64,000 nt of DNA from Minisyncoccota bacterium (GCA_041389025.1 JAWKSP010000001.1:192002-256001); one strand, 5' to 3'; positions 1 to 9,443 are shown, numbered from the stretch's first letter. Notes: a model not told the origin generated them from the letters alone. Made by a program: numbers and translations.

Positions 1-270
1 AAGCTCACAGAAAGATTTATTATTAAAATCCACCACCACTTCTGAACCGCACCCCTTCTTTCTGTCAAAATCCTCAATTTGATCACTAAATAAATGGTCT
101 TGATTTATCCAAAACCACTTACCGTCTTTATCTATTTTAATTAGAGAAACTTTGTACTTTTTCTCATCTAATGATTGGTGTATATTTCTAGCTGACAATA
201 CAGAAACTTCATGCTCAGTAGATTGTCCGCCATATATTAGTAATATTTTTACTTTTTCTAGTTTCTTCAT
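1..270 (-). CDS. ddl: D-alanine--D-alanine ligase, N-terminal fragment (gene runs off window start)
   Basis: Reverse translation from ATG at 270 gives MKKLEKVKILLIYGGQSTEHEVSVLSARNIHQSLDEKKYKVSLIKIDKDGKWFW..., matching the Ddl N-domain pattern (GG-SxEHEVS-SA ... D--G-W). Confidence 0.55.
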   Translation of the reverse strand, partial: MKKLEKVKILLIYGGQSTEHEVSVLSARNIHQSLDEKKYKVSLIKIDKDGKWFWINQDHLFSDQIEDFDRKKGCGSEVVVDFNNKSFCEL

Positions 271-361
271 GTATATATAATAGCCCAACGAAACTTTTTT
301 ACAAAAAAACTACATATATAAGGGCTACGATCTACACGGACACACAACTGACAAACTTAAA

Positions 362-400
362 CAAAACGGCCGGAAGCTAAAGCTTCCGGCCGTTTTGTTT
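362..400. terminator. GC-rich hairpin aaaacggccggaagc-taa-agcttccggccgtttt, bidirectional intrinsic terminator
   Basis: Perfect inverted repeat flanked by A/T runs between ddl start region and permease 3' end. Confidence 0.6.
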
Positions 401-430
401 AATCAATTCCAACTTTTAACTACCCCAAAA

Positions 431-1279
431 CTATTTTGTTTTAGCTAAAACCATTTCCGGTTTTTTAAACAAAGTTTGATAAGCAAACACCAACAAGAAA
501 ATCATTCCTTGCATAAAGACAATCGCCCCGCCAGTCGAGATATCCAAGTAATAACTTCCGTACGCTCCCGTAATTGAACTAATCACACTAACTAAAACAG
601 CAATCTGCATCATCGTGCTGAATTTTTTAGTTAACAGAAAAGCAGTTGACCCAGGAGTAATAAGCATCGCAATCACCAAAATGATCCCCACCGTCTGCAA
701 GGAACCGGTAATGGTAATCGCTAAAAGTACCAAAAAAGCATAATGTACAAATCGCATCGGTAAACCAACAGATTGAGCATGTATTGAGTCAAAACAAAAA
801 ACCAAAAAAGTGCGACGAAAAGCTAAGATGATAGCTGTCACTATCGCCAATACACCAACAGTATAAACAGCCGCTTGATCAGAGATCCCTAGCACGTACC
901 CAAACAAAACATGAGTCAAATCCACACTACTAGTTACTCGAGAAATCATAATCAAACCAAGCGCAAATAAAGTAGTGAATACAATTCCCATAATGGCATC
1001 TTCTTTTATTTTTGTATTAGTTTTAATTAGACCAATCATAACCACCGCTAAAATAGCGAAGAAAAAAGCACCTATACTAAATGGAATACCGATCAAATAA
1101 GCTATTACTACACCTGGTAGAACAGCATGTGAAATCGCATCACCCAAAAGCGACCAACCTTTCAAAATCAAGAAACAAGACAGTACTGCACAAGTCGCTC
1201 CCACTACCGCCGATACCAAAACCGCTTTTGTCATAAAAGCATACTGCAACGGCTCTAAGATAAATTGAAGGAATTCCAT
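431..1279 (-). CDS. metal (Zn/Mn) ABC transporter permease, ABC-3 family
   Basis: 282 aa, multiple TM helices; ZnuB/MntB-like pattern; operon with ATPase and family-9 SBP. Confidence 0.8.
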   Translation of the reverse strand: MEFLQFILEPLQYAFMTKAVLVSAVVGATCAVLSCFLILKGWSLLGDAISHAVLPGVVIAYLIGIPFSIGAFFFAILAVVMIGLIKTNTKIKEDAIMGIVFTTLFALGLIMISRVTSSVDLTHVLFGYVLGISDQAAVYTVGVLAIVTAIILAFRRTFLVFCFDSIHAQSVGLPMRFVHYAFLVLLAITITGSLQTVGIILVIAMLITPGSTAFLLTKKFSTMMQIAVLVSVISSITGAYGSYYLDISTGGAIVFMQGMIFLLVFAYQTLFKKPEMVLAKTK

Positions 1280-1282
1280 ATT

Positions 1283-2050
1283 TTAGTTTTCAAACTTAAT
1301 ATTGTGAATAATACCGTCAAAGGTTTTGGTAATCAGGTCTTTGGCAAACACCTCTTTGGTTGGACCGTAAGCCAATACGGTATGTTTTATTAAAGCCACA
1401 CGATCACAATTGTCGGATAACGAAGTAAGTTCATGAGCCGCTAAAATCACCGTCTTCCCCTCTTTTTTTAACGACACTAAAAGTTCAGTCAGCGACCGTT
1501 CACTAACTGCATCCAATCCGGCAAAAGGTTCGTCTAAAAGCAACACGTTCGCTCCTTGTGCTAAGGCTCTGGCCACGAAAGTTCGCTTCTTTTGTCCGCC
1601 CGACAACTCACCAATCTGCCGATCTCTAAAAGCTTGCATATTTACTTTATCCAAAGCACTCTCGACAAACTTTTTATCTTCTTCAGTTGGGGTCTTAAAA
1701 ATATTCTGCAGTCCAATCCTTCCCATCATCACCACGTCATACACCGACACCGGAAAATCCCAATCAACAGACTCAGCCTGTGGCACATACGCCACATGAC
1801 CATGCTTTTGTGCCACCGAAGGCTCGTCCCCACACACCTTTACTTCTCCGGTATTTGGTTTCACCAAACCCATCACAACCTTAAACAAGGTTGATTTACC
1901 TGCACCATTCATTCCAATTACACCGGTAAAGGTACCGAATGGAATATTTATAGAAGTATCTTTAAGGGCCACTGTACCGTTATCATAAACAACGTTCACG
2001 TCTTTGATAGCAATAGCAAAACCAGTGTTGTCAGTCATAGTTTTATTCAT
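1283..2050 (-). CDS. metal ABC transporter ATP-binding protein
   Basis: Walker A GMNGAGKST, signature LSGGQKKR, Walker B LLLDEP. Confidence 0.85.
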   Translation of the reverse strand: MNKTMTDNTGFAIAIKDVNVVYDNGTVALKDTSINIPFGTFTGVIGMNGAGKSTLFKVVMGLVKPNTGEVKVCGDEPSVAQKHGHVAYVPQAESVDWDFPVSVYDVVMMGRIGLQNIFKTPTEEDKKFVESALDKVNMQAFRDRQIGELSGGQKKRTFVARALAQGANVLLLDEPFAGLDAVSERSLTELLVSLKKEGKTVILAAHELTSLSDNCDRVALIKHTVLAYGPTKEVFAKDLITKTFDGIIHNIKFEN

Positions 2051-2984
2051 TAGTTAATCCAGACACAATAGTATCAGCAGTTTTTTCTAAAAGTGTTAGA
2101 TAAGTTGGAGCTGGACCGTAAACAGTAGATAAAGAATCTACATATAACACCCCACCCATCCGTGCACCAGTTGCAGCCACTACCTCCTCTTGAATTTTTG
2201 GTTCAACTGTACTTTCGCAAAATACTGCTGGTACGTTGTTGGTTTTTACTTTATCAATTATCGTAGCCACTTGTTGCGGTGAACCAGCGGTATCACTATT
2301 GATAGGCCAGATATACATTTCATGTAGATTGTAATCGTTGGTAAGGTAGGTAAAAGCTCCTTCACAAGTCACTAGATAACGATTATTTTCCGGTAAGACT
2401 GACAATGAATCACTTAAGGTTTTATCCAAAGCTTTAAGTTTAAGTGTATAAGCTTCTGCATTGGCATTAAAGTAAGTTTCATTTTCAGGTGAAAATTCCA
2501 CTAAAGCTTTTCTAATATTCTCAATATACTTTAAACCTTGCTTGGGAGACATCCAAGCATGTGGATTAGGTTTACCCTCATAAGCTCCTTCAGAAATTGA
2601 TAGCGGTTCTACCCCCTCACTCACTATCACGGTTGGTACGTCTGGTAAATTTGACTTAAGTTTATCTGTCCATAATTCTAAATTCATACCATTTTCAAAT
2701 AAAATATCCGCTCGTGAAGCCCTTACTAAATCACTGGGAGTAGGTTCATAGCTATGAATGTTCATCCCCGGTTCAACCACTGAGATAGATTCCACCTTAT
2801 CACCCCCCACCTCTCCAACCATATCAGCCAGAATAGTAAACGTACTAAGAGCAACCAATTTGTCGTTTTGCTCAGACGAAATAACATTAACTTCTTGGAT
2901 TTCGGTCGGATTTGATTTGTTTAAACCAATAAACAACAGAATCACCGCTATCACAAAAGTTAATAATAAGAATTTTTTATCCAT
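2043..2984 (-). CDS. metal ABC transporter substrate-binding lipoprotein (ZnuA/MntC/TroA-like)
   Basis: 313 aa, N-terminal signal/anchor; His-containing metal-binding pattern; first gene of SBP-ATPase-permease operon. Confidence 0.7.
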   Translation of the reverse strand: MDKKFLLLTFVIAVILLFIGLNKSNPTEIQEVNVISSEQNDKLVALSTFTILADMVGEVGGDKVESISVVEPGMNIHSYEPTPSDLVRASRADILFENGMNLELWTDKLKSNLPDVPTVIVSEGVEPLSISEGAYEGKPNPHAWMSPKQGLKYIENIRKALVEFSPENETYFNANAEAYTLKLKALDKTLSDSLSVLPENNRYLVTCEGAFTYLTNDYNLHEMYIWPINSDTAGSPQQVATIIDKVKTNNVPAVFCESTVEPKIQEEVVAATGARMGGVLYVDSLSTVYGPAPTYLTLLEKTADTIVSGLTNE

Positions 2985-3024
2985 ATTCTAATTTTTTAAT
3001 TACTTTAATTTTACACTTTTAACT

Positions 3025-3465
3025 CTAATTCCAATTTTTTATTTTTGGTAACCTCGAACCGTGTGGGTCATTTTTGGGATTACCTAAAAATTTAGCCAGC
3101 CTTTTTATCATCTCATCACTACAAGCATGCTCTAACTTTTCTGCTTCAGCGTGTATTTTATTTTTGGACATTTTCAAAACATCACTTAAAAATACTTCGA
3201 TCAGACGATGTTTGTAGGTTAGCTTCATTGCTAAATTCTCTCCTTTTTCAGTTAATTTTACTGTAGTGTAAGGATCAGCTATTACCAGCTCATCTTTTAC
3301 CAATTCTTTTATTCTTTCAGAGACACTAGATTTACTTAGTCCCAGACGATCAGCTATCTTAGTAACTCCGGTACTTTTACCAGACTCCTGTAAAAGATAA
3401 ATTGCTCGTAAATAATCTTCCTTGGTGGAGCTAATCAATCCTGAATTGGGATGGATTGTTCGCAT
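3025..3465 (-). CDS. DtxR/MntR-family metal-dependent transcriptional repressor
   Basis: N-terminal HTH (KEDYLRAIYLL...VTKIADRLGLSKSSVSERIKEL) plus metal-binding/dimerisation domain; sits upstream of the metal ABC operon. Confidence 0.8.
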   Translation of the reverse strand: MRTIHPNSGLISSTKEDYLRAIYLLQESGKSTGVTKIADRLGLSKSSVSERIKELVKDELVIADPYTTVKLTEKGENLAMKLTYKHRLIEVFLSDVLKMSKNKIHAEAEKLEHACSDEMIKRLAKFLGNPKNDPHGSRLPKIKNWN

Positions 3466-3504
3466 ACCCGAACAATATCATATACTTATCCTGTTTGGCA
3501 AGAG

Positions 3505-3566
3505 GTAAAGGTGAAAATATAAAAGGCTCACGCTATAGCGTGAGCCTTTTATATTTTCACCTTTAC
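3505..3566. terminator. 62-bp perfect palindrome (29-bp arms, loop tata); rpsT terminator and possibly an operator
   Basis: gtaaaggtgaaaatataaaaggctcacgc tata gcgtgagccttttatattttcacctttac, between rpsT stop and the DtxR-family gene start. Confidence 0.55.
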
Positions 3567-3833
3567 CTACTTCCCAGCTTTTTTAACACGAGTAGTCAGT
3601 CTTGATTTTTTGCGAGCGGCGGTGTTATCTTTGATAACCCCCTTCTTAGCCGCTTTATCAATCGCTTTATAAGCTTTTGGTAAAAGTTCTTTAGCTTTAG
3701 CTGTGTCCCCTGCTACCACAGCCTTGTTTACACTTTTTACCACATCAGTCATCGTATTTTTACGACGAATATTGTATACACGCTTTTTAAGCGATTGACG
3801 ATGGGCTTTTTCTGCTCCTTTTGTAATTGGCAT
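3567..3833 (-). CDS. rpsT: 30S ribosomal protein S20
   Basis: 88 aa basic protein MPITKGAEKAHRQSLKKRVYNIRRK... typical S20. Confidence 0.85.
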   Translation of the reverse strand: MPITKGAEKAHRQSLKKRVYNIRRKNTMTDVVKSVNKAVVAGDTAKAKELLPKAYKAIDKAAKKGVIKDNTAARKKSRLTTRVKKAGK

Positions 3834-3920
3834 ATGTTTTATTTAAAGTGAGAGCACTATAAAGCAAAATGGTTAAAAAAGCAAGAGAAAATAAGAATTC
3901 TTCATTTCTTTCCCACAGTT

Positions 3921-4523
3921 GTGTACAATACTCCAATGATTCGGTCAATTAAGGGAGAAATTACTACTATTAATGAAAATAGTATCGTAGTAGAAGTTTA
4001 TGGTATCGGCTATCAAATTTATACCAATATTCAAAAACACCAGCTCACCCCTACCGACCAAGTGTTACTACATACTCACCAAGTTGTTCGTGAAAATGTT
4101 TTAGATCTATATGGTTTTATTGATGAAACCGAACTTCAATATTTTGAACTATTGTTAACCATACCTAAACTCGGTCCTAAGTCGGCATTGCAAATCTTAA
4201 ACCAAGCTGATGTCATTCTCTTAAACCAGTCAATTATTGAACAAGACCCTGATCACCTGCACAAACTATCCGGTATCGGCAAAAAAACTGCGACCAATAT
4301 TGTTTCTAGTTTGAGCGGTAAAATAGAACCGTTATTTAATTCTGGAGAATCAAACCTTCAACCTCCTTCCATTCTATCATCGACTCAAATCGATGCGATT
4401 GATGCCCTTATCACTCTTGGTTATGACCCTAAAGAAGCTCGAGCTTATATTACAAAAATGACTGGAGAAGATGATACTAAAACCATGATTCAAAATGCTT
4501 TGAAACAAATCCCTATCCCTTAA
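3921..4523 (+). CDS. ruvA: Holliday junction DNA helicase subunit RuvA
   Basis: MIRSIKGEI...VVEVYGIGYQIY OB-fold N-term, HhH region LLTIPKLGPKSALQIL, C-terminal RuvB-interaction domain. Confidence 0.85.
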   Translation: MYNTPMIRSIKGEITTINENSIVVEVYGIGYQIYTNIQKHQLTPTDQVLLHTHQVVRENVLDLYGFIDETELQYFELLLTIPKLGPKSALQILNQADVILLNQSIIEQDPDHLHKLSGIGKKTATNIVSSLSGKIEPLFNSGESNLQPPSILSSTQIDAIDALITLGYDPKEARAYITKMTGEDDTKTMIQNALKQIPIP

Positions 4524-4572
4524 AAAATACAACCCTTCATTAAAATACATAATCAAGGGTTGTTAATTTTCT

Positions 4573-4830
4573 TTAATAAAATAGAAAGAAAAAAATTGAC
4601 TCGTAAAAGTATTGAATAAACTCTCTCACCCAAATACCAAACGTTGCCAAAAGCCAAATAATTCCACCCACAATAAACAAAGCTACGTACAATACTATCA
4701 ATATACCCAAAAAATAGATGCAGGAAATGAATATATTTTTCTTTTCGTTTTTCTTAGAGACACTTTTTAACATCATATATGAGGCTATACACATTATTAT
4801 AAGTACCAACATTCCAATAATCATTTGCAT
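4573..4830 (-). CDS. small hypothetical membrane protein (3 TM)
   Basis: 85 aa, strongly hydrophobic; no recognisable motif. Confidence 0.3.
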   Translation of the reverse strand: MQMIIGMLVLIIMCIASYMMLKSVSKKNEKKNIFISCIYFLGILIVLYVALFIVGGIIWLLATFGIWVREFIQYFYESIFFFLFY

Positions 4831-4890
4831 GGGAAAATCCTTTTTAGAAATTTAATTATAGTTACTTTGTGACTAGTTTTGCAAAACCAA

Positions 4891-5112
4891 TCACAAAGCA
4901 AACGTCATAACTTTATAAACCCAACTAAAAAAAGTGTTTAGAAAAAATACTATTAGAAAAATTACCAACAGACATACGACAAATAAGCTTATTGAAGCAA
5001 ATTCCTTAGTTGGAGATTCATCAGGTATCTTATTTTTTAATTTCGTTTTAACAAACCAAAACGACAATACCCCTACAACCATCCAAAATATAATACTTAC
5101 CATGATATCCAT
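4891..5112 (-). CDS. small hypothetical membrane protein (2 TM)
   Basis: 73 aa, two hydrophobic helices. Confidence 0.3.
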   Translation of the reverse strand: MDIMVSIIFWMVVGVLSFWFVKTKLKNKIPDESPTKEFASISLFVVCLLVIFLIVFFLNTFFSWVYKVMTFAL

Positions 5113-5217
5113 CTTTGATACTCCTGTATAGTGATTAATAAAAAACTATTTAACCACCATGTAACAACAAAATTTGTTTTTTGGCAAATAAACAAATTAC
5201 TCGTATACTGATATCAT

Positions 5218-6498
5218 ATGTCACGAATTGTAAATTTTCTGAAAAACCTAATCCCAAAACCCTTACTAAACCTTATTCGTCCACACTATCACTACACCCT
5301 AGCCTACCTCGCAGACCGTTGGTACAAGCACCCTTCAAAAGAACTGGTTGTTATCGGCGTCACCGGTACCAAAGGAAAATCGACCACCACTGAACTAATG
5401 GCCAAAATCCTAGAAACTAACGGCCACAAAGTCGCTTCTCTTTCCACTATCCAGTTCAAAATCGGTGAGGATATTGAGCGCAACCTTTTTAAAATGACTA
5501 TGCCAGGACGTTTTTTTGTTCAGCGTTTCCTCAGACAAGCTGTCGAGGCCGGCTGTACCCACGCCGTAGTAGAAATGACTTCAGAAGGTGCCAAACAATT
5601 TCGCCACAGTTTTATTGAACTAAACGCTCTTATTTTCACCAACCTTACACCAGAACACATCGAATCACACGGCTCATTTGAAAAATACAAACAAGCAAAA
5701 TTATCAATCGCCAAACGACTGGAAGAATCCATAAAAAGACCACGCTATATCGTGGCTAATGTTGACGATGAACACGGAGTAGACTTTCTTGATTTAGATA
5801 TTGAGTATAAGCTCCCTTATTCGCTAAAAAATCTATCCCTTTATTCCCTTCACAATGACAGTGTTAGTCTAGTATTTGGAGACACCACTATTCGAGTACC
5901 ACTAATCGGACTATTTAACGTATACAATATATTGGCCACTATCACCTTGGCTAGAGCGATGGATATTTCTTTTTCCACCATCGACAAAGCCTTGCGAAAT
6001 ATTGATAAAATCGCCGGCCGAGTAGAAAAGTTCAAAAGCCCTAAGGAAGCCAGTAAAAAAGTAACAGCCATTGTAGACTATGCCCATACGCCCGACTCTT
6101 TAGAAAAACTTTATCAAGCCTTTCCAAACGTAAAAAAAGTTTGTGTTCTAGGTAACACCGGTGGTGGACGAGACAGTTGGAAAAGACCGGAGATGGCTTC
6201 AATCGCCGAAAGATACTGTGATCAAATAATCCTTACTGATGAAGACCCTTATGACGAAAACCCTTACGAAATAATCAAACAAATGGAAAAAGGAATAACT
6301 GATAAAAGTAAATTAGAAATTATCATGAATCGTCAAAAAGCCATTAGGAAAGCAATTGAAAAATGTGACGAAGATGGTTATGTGATAGTTTCTGGCAAAG
6401 GCACTGACCCATATATCATGGGACCAAAAGGCACTAAAACTCCTTGGAGTGACGCTGAGATAGTACAAGAAGAATTAGCTGAACTAGCTACAAATTAA
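5218..6498 (+). CDS. murE: Mur ligase family protein, MurE-like (UDP-MurNAc-tripeptide synthetase), short N-terminus
   Basis: P-loop GVTGTKGKSTT; VVEMTSEG...FTNLTPEHIESHG (MurE MEVSSHGL...FTNLSRDHLDYHG); DYAHTPDSLEKL motif. Confidence 0.65.
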   Translation: MSRIVNFLKNLIPKPLLNLIRPHYHYTLAYLADRWYKHPSKELVVIGVTGTKGKSTTTELMAKILETNGHKVASLSTIQFKIGEDIERNLFKMTMPGRFFVQRFLRQAVEAGCTHAVVEMTSEGAKQFRHSFIELNALIFTNLTPEHIESHGSFEKYKQAKLSIAKRLEESIKRPRYIVANVDDEHGVDFLDLDIEYKLPYSLKNLSLYSLHNDSVSLVFGDTTIRVPLIGLFNVYNILATITLARAMDISFSTIDKALRNIDKIAGRVEKFKSPKEASKKVTAIVDYAHTPDSLEKLYQAFPNVKKVCVLGNTGGGRDSWKRPEMASIAERYCDQIILTDEDPYDENPYEIIKQMEKGITDKSKLEIIMNRQKAIRKAIEKCDEDGYVIVSGKGTDPYIMGPKGTKTPWSDAEIVQEELAELATN

Positions 6499-8011
6499 TT
6501 ATCCCAATTTTCCAATCTTTACCTGATTCAACTATTTCCGGCGTAACCTTTATTCCCTCCCTACTATACAAAGCACCTTCAGACATATTACCAGCACTAA
6601 CTACCGGCACTTGATTCCAAACTGCCTGCACTTTAAGTATAGTATCCAAAGAATGATTTAAAACCTCAGACTCATCAAACCATGAATGCGACACGGGATG
6701 AGCAACAAAAGGCACTGACTCTCTTCCTTTTATGACCTTACGAACCCCTTTAGGATCAAGTCCTTCAAAACAAAACATAACCGAAGGTATATAATCCGGT
6801 AATAAAGTTTGATCAAACAATGGACCGGGTTGATAGTAAAGCTTGCTTCTTATCTGTTCTAACAAATCACTAAAGCCGAGGGTTTTTAATAAAGCTATAT
6901 AAATGTAGGGCATAAATTCCCCTTGCGGAGTAAGTGATTGTTTATCGACCCCATACCCCTCCTTACCCACACCATCATAAATAGTAGCTCTAACGGTAGC
7001 CGAGTTTTTAGTTAAAAAAGCTGGTGATACATCTATCATCACAGTTTTTGTATCACCAGTTTGAAAACGAAATAATTTATAAGCTGACTCCGGAGTTAAA
7101 TTTCCATCATTATAATAAGAACCTTCTGGCAATATTAAATAATCAGGCTCATAACTTAAAGCAAAAGTGACCGCCTCCACTATAACTTCGTGTTTATAAA
7201 TATCGATATCATCTGACATCGACTCAGATGAAGTATCGGTAAAAGTAGTATCAACAATCAATACAGTCTTGTTTTCTGACGGTTTATAGTCTTCAACCAA
7301 AGACCAAGAAGCACTAAAGAATAGAACTGCAATAAACGGTCCGCTAATTTTATAAAAATTTAAACGACTGTTTAGACTAAAAATAAGCCATAGACCATAG
7401 CCAAGAACCGCTCCCAAAGCTGACAAAATATAAACCCCGCCCCACCGAGCGAATTGTAATAAAGTCTCATGTTCAGCTAATAAATAACCAAAGTAACCTA
7501 AACTATAGGCAGTGTTTATAGTTGCCCCCACCCCAAAAGTTAAAATTGAAAACATTAACGAACCAAAAACTTCACTAAATATAAATAGGATTACAAACAA
7601 AAAAGGTAAGACTTTGGCATTGATTTTTTTTTGCAAAAACCAAAAACCAGAAGCTAACAAAGCTCCACCTGACCCCAAAAATAAGGAGACAGTAACCCAG
7701 TACAAAAAAATAAATAAGTTTTCCCAATGTCCCAACATCAGATTTAAACCAGCTTCAGGATTTACCTTAAAAAACATCGAGGTGGCAAATAACGATTTTG
7801 TAGTAAAGGCCAGCCAACCACCTAAAACAACCTTTTTAAAAGAAGTGTTTTTTGTTACCACTAAAAGAAAGACTAGTATCCCAAAAAAACTAACGACCCA
7901 AAGTACCGGTAAAACAAAACCAATACCCAGAAGAATTCCACTTACTAGGAATAAAAAATAAGGAGTCTTTAATATTCGACTAAACGCCATACTATCTATG
8001 ATACAACACAA
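6488..8011 (-). CDS. lnt: apolipoprotein N-acyltransferase (Lnt-like): polytopic N-domain plus C-terminal nitrilase/CN-hydrolase domain
   Basis: 507 aa; ~7 N-terminal TM helices; C-domain with LILPEG and MFCFEG (catalytic Glu/Cys context). Confidence 0.55.
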   Translation of the reverse strand: MCCIIDSMAFSRILKTPYFLFLVSGILLGIGFVLPVLWVVSFFGILVFLLVVTKNTSFKKVVLGGWLAFTTKSLFATSMFFKVNPEAGLNLMLGHWENLFIFLYWVTVSLFLGSGGALLASGFWFLQKKINAKVLPFLFVILFIFSEVFGSLMFSILTFGVGATINTAYSLGYFGYLLAEHETLLQFARWGGVYILSALGAVLGYGLWLIFSLNSRLNFYKISGPFIAVLFFSASWSLVEDYKPSENKTVLIVDTTFTDTSSESMSDDIDIYKHEVIVEAVTFALSYEPDYLILPEGSYYNDGNLTPESAYKLFRFQTGDTKTVMIDVSPAFLTKNSATVRATIYDGVGKEGYGVDKQSLTPQGEFMPYIYIALLKTLGFSDLLEQIRSKLYYQPGPLFDQTLLPDYIPSVMFCFEGLDPKGVRKVIKGRESVPFVAHPVSHSWFDESEVLNHSLDTILKVQAVWNQVPVVSAGNMSEGALYSREGIKVTPEIVESGKDWKIGIINL

Positions 8012-8447
8012 TTCCAGCTGTTACTGACACATTAAGAGATTCTTTTTGTCCTAGCATTGGTAATTCCAAAATCACATCTGCTTCATCCAATATTTCTTCT
8101 GAAAGACCAGCTGTTTCTGAACCAAAAATATAAACCACTTTTTCTGGAACTTTAAAGTCATGAAGTAAAACTGATTTATCAGCCTGCTCAACTGCAACCA
8201 CAGTAAATCCTTCTGCTTTTAATTTTGAAATCAACCCAACAACATCATTAATTTTTTCCCAAAGAACCGCCTGTTCGGCCCCTAAAGCAGTTTTACTTAT
8301 TTCACCAACAACTCGTCCAAACCGGTCAATTGGTGTTGGTGTGTGTCCAACTAAATAAACCTTTTCAACACCTGCACCATCACAAGAACGAAAAATTGCT
8401 CCGACATTATAATTACTTCTGATATCTGGTAAGATAACTCTTTTCAT
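7992..8447 (-). CDS. SpoU-family RNA 2'-O-methyltransferase (TrmL-like)
   Basis: 151 aa; NVGAIFRSCDGAG...IFGSETAGLSEE...ELPMLGQKESLNVSVTAGIVLY SPOUT motifs. Confidence 0.8.
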   Translation of the reverse strand: MKRVILPDIRSNYNVGAIFRSCDGAGVEKVYLVGHTPTPIDRFGRVVGEISKTALGAEQAVLWEKINDVVGLISKLKAEGFTVVAVEQADKSVLLHDFKVPEKVVYIFGSETAGLSEEILDEADVILELPMLGQKESLNVSVTAGIVLYHR

Positions 8448-8471
8448 TCATGCTACACTAGCAAATAATTT

Positions 8472-8870
8472 ATGCTTAATCTATTCCCAATTCAGTTCCT
8501 ATCTTTATTTGCCTATTTTATTCTTAGAATAATTACTGGTTTTATTTTACTTTCTTTAAGTAAAAAACATTTCATATACCGACAAGAGTTAATAAGTATT
8601 ATTAAATTACCTGTTTTCCCATTTGGTAAATTTAGTACTTTTTTATTAATTATAACAGAATTTATTATTAGCTGTTCACTAGTGCTAGGTGTTTACACTC
8701 AAATAGGGGCTCTGCTTTTGGTAATTTTATCTTTAAAGATGTTGGTATTTAATAAATACTTTAAACATCACACTATTCCTAGTAAAACTACTTATTTGTT
8801 ACTAGCAGCTATAGGAATTTCCTTATTTATAACTGGTGCCGGCGTTTTTGCATTTGATTTACCGATATAA
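8472..8870 (+). CDS. DoxX-like small membrane protein
   Basis: 132 aa, 4 predicted TM helices. Confidence 0.35.
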   Translation: MLNLFPIQFLSLFAYFILRIITGFILLSLSKKHFIYRQELISIIKLPVFPFGKFSTFLLIITEFIISCSLVLGVYTQIGALLLVILSLKMLVFNKYFKHHTIPSKTTYLLLAAIGISLFITGAGVFAFDLPI

Positions 8871-8898
8871 TATGGTAAAGTGTGGCCACCAAAACAAA

Positions 8899-8972
8899 AG
8901 CGCCTTTAGCTCAGTTGGTAGAGCAGCTCCCTTTTAAGGAGACGGTCCAAGGTTCGAGCCCTTGAAGGCGCA
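8899..8972 (+). tRNA. tRNA-Lys (anticodon UUU)
   Basis: Manual cloverleaf: acceptor GCGCCTT/AAGGCGC, D-arm GCTC-AGTTGGTA-GAGC, anticodon loop CTTTTAA (U33, UUU, A37), T-arm CAAGG-TTCGAGC-CCTTG, discriminator A; no encoded CCA. Confidence 0.85.
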
Positions 8973-9012
8973 CAAATGAAAAAGACGGCCTAGGCGTCTT
9001 TTTCATTTGTGC
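8973..9012 (+). terminator. intrinsic terminator hairpin aaatgaaaaagacg-gcctag-gcgtctttttcattt
   Basis: Perfect stem followed by T-run immediately 3' of tRNA-Lys. Confidence 0.6.
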
Positions 9013-9079
9013 GCCTTCAACAGACATAGGTTTTATACAATTTACAAAACCACTCTTACGAGTGGTTTTTAGAACAAAA

Positions 9080-9313
9080 TCAACACTTTAAGCTCCTCAT
9101 TTCAAAACTATCAGAATTATCTGAATAAATATCAAGACACAATTCTCTAGTAATAATGAATTGAACTGCCGTTGCCCTTGATAAACCAACGATCACTGTA
9201 AAGCTACCTTGTGACAATTTTTCTTTGATACTTGATATTTTTTTATCTAAAAGACACTTATCGCACTCCACCTCATCCAGAAGCTGACCAGCACTATAAA
9301 TCTTAATTAGCAT
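9080..9313 (-). CDS. hypothetical protein
   Basis: 77-aa ORF, no motif. Confidence 0.25.
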   Translation of the reverse strand: MLIKIYSAGQLLDEVECDKCLLDKKISSIKEKLSQGSFTVIVGLSRATAVQFIITRELCLDIYSDNSDSFEMRSLKC

Positions 9314-9391
9314 TACATTATCCTCAAAAAAATAACCATTAGGACTATAGTATGAAATGATTTTAAATTCAACAAAATAAAGTTAGGCACA

Positions 9392-9417
9392 AAAACCGAG
9401 GCGTACGCCTCGGTTTT
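9392..9417. terminator. hairpin aaaaccgaggcg-ta-cgcctcggtttt
   Basis: Perfect GC-rich stem with flanking A/T runs downstream of the NUDIX gene. Confidence 0.55.
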
Positions 9418-9443
9418 CAATTACAAAATGAGTTAGTAAAAAA

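Noticed and set aside
1592-2991. Plus-strand ORFs (100 and 77 aa) within the metal ABC operon
   Set aside because: They are antisense to ATPase and SBP genes with clear motifs.
8899-9443. Integrated element at tRNA-Lys
   Set aside because: The downstream genes are NUDIX hydrolases and a channel, and no integrase or direct repeat of the tRNA 3' end was seen. Only the inverted palindrome is reported separately.
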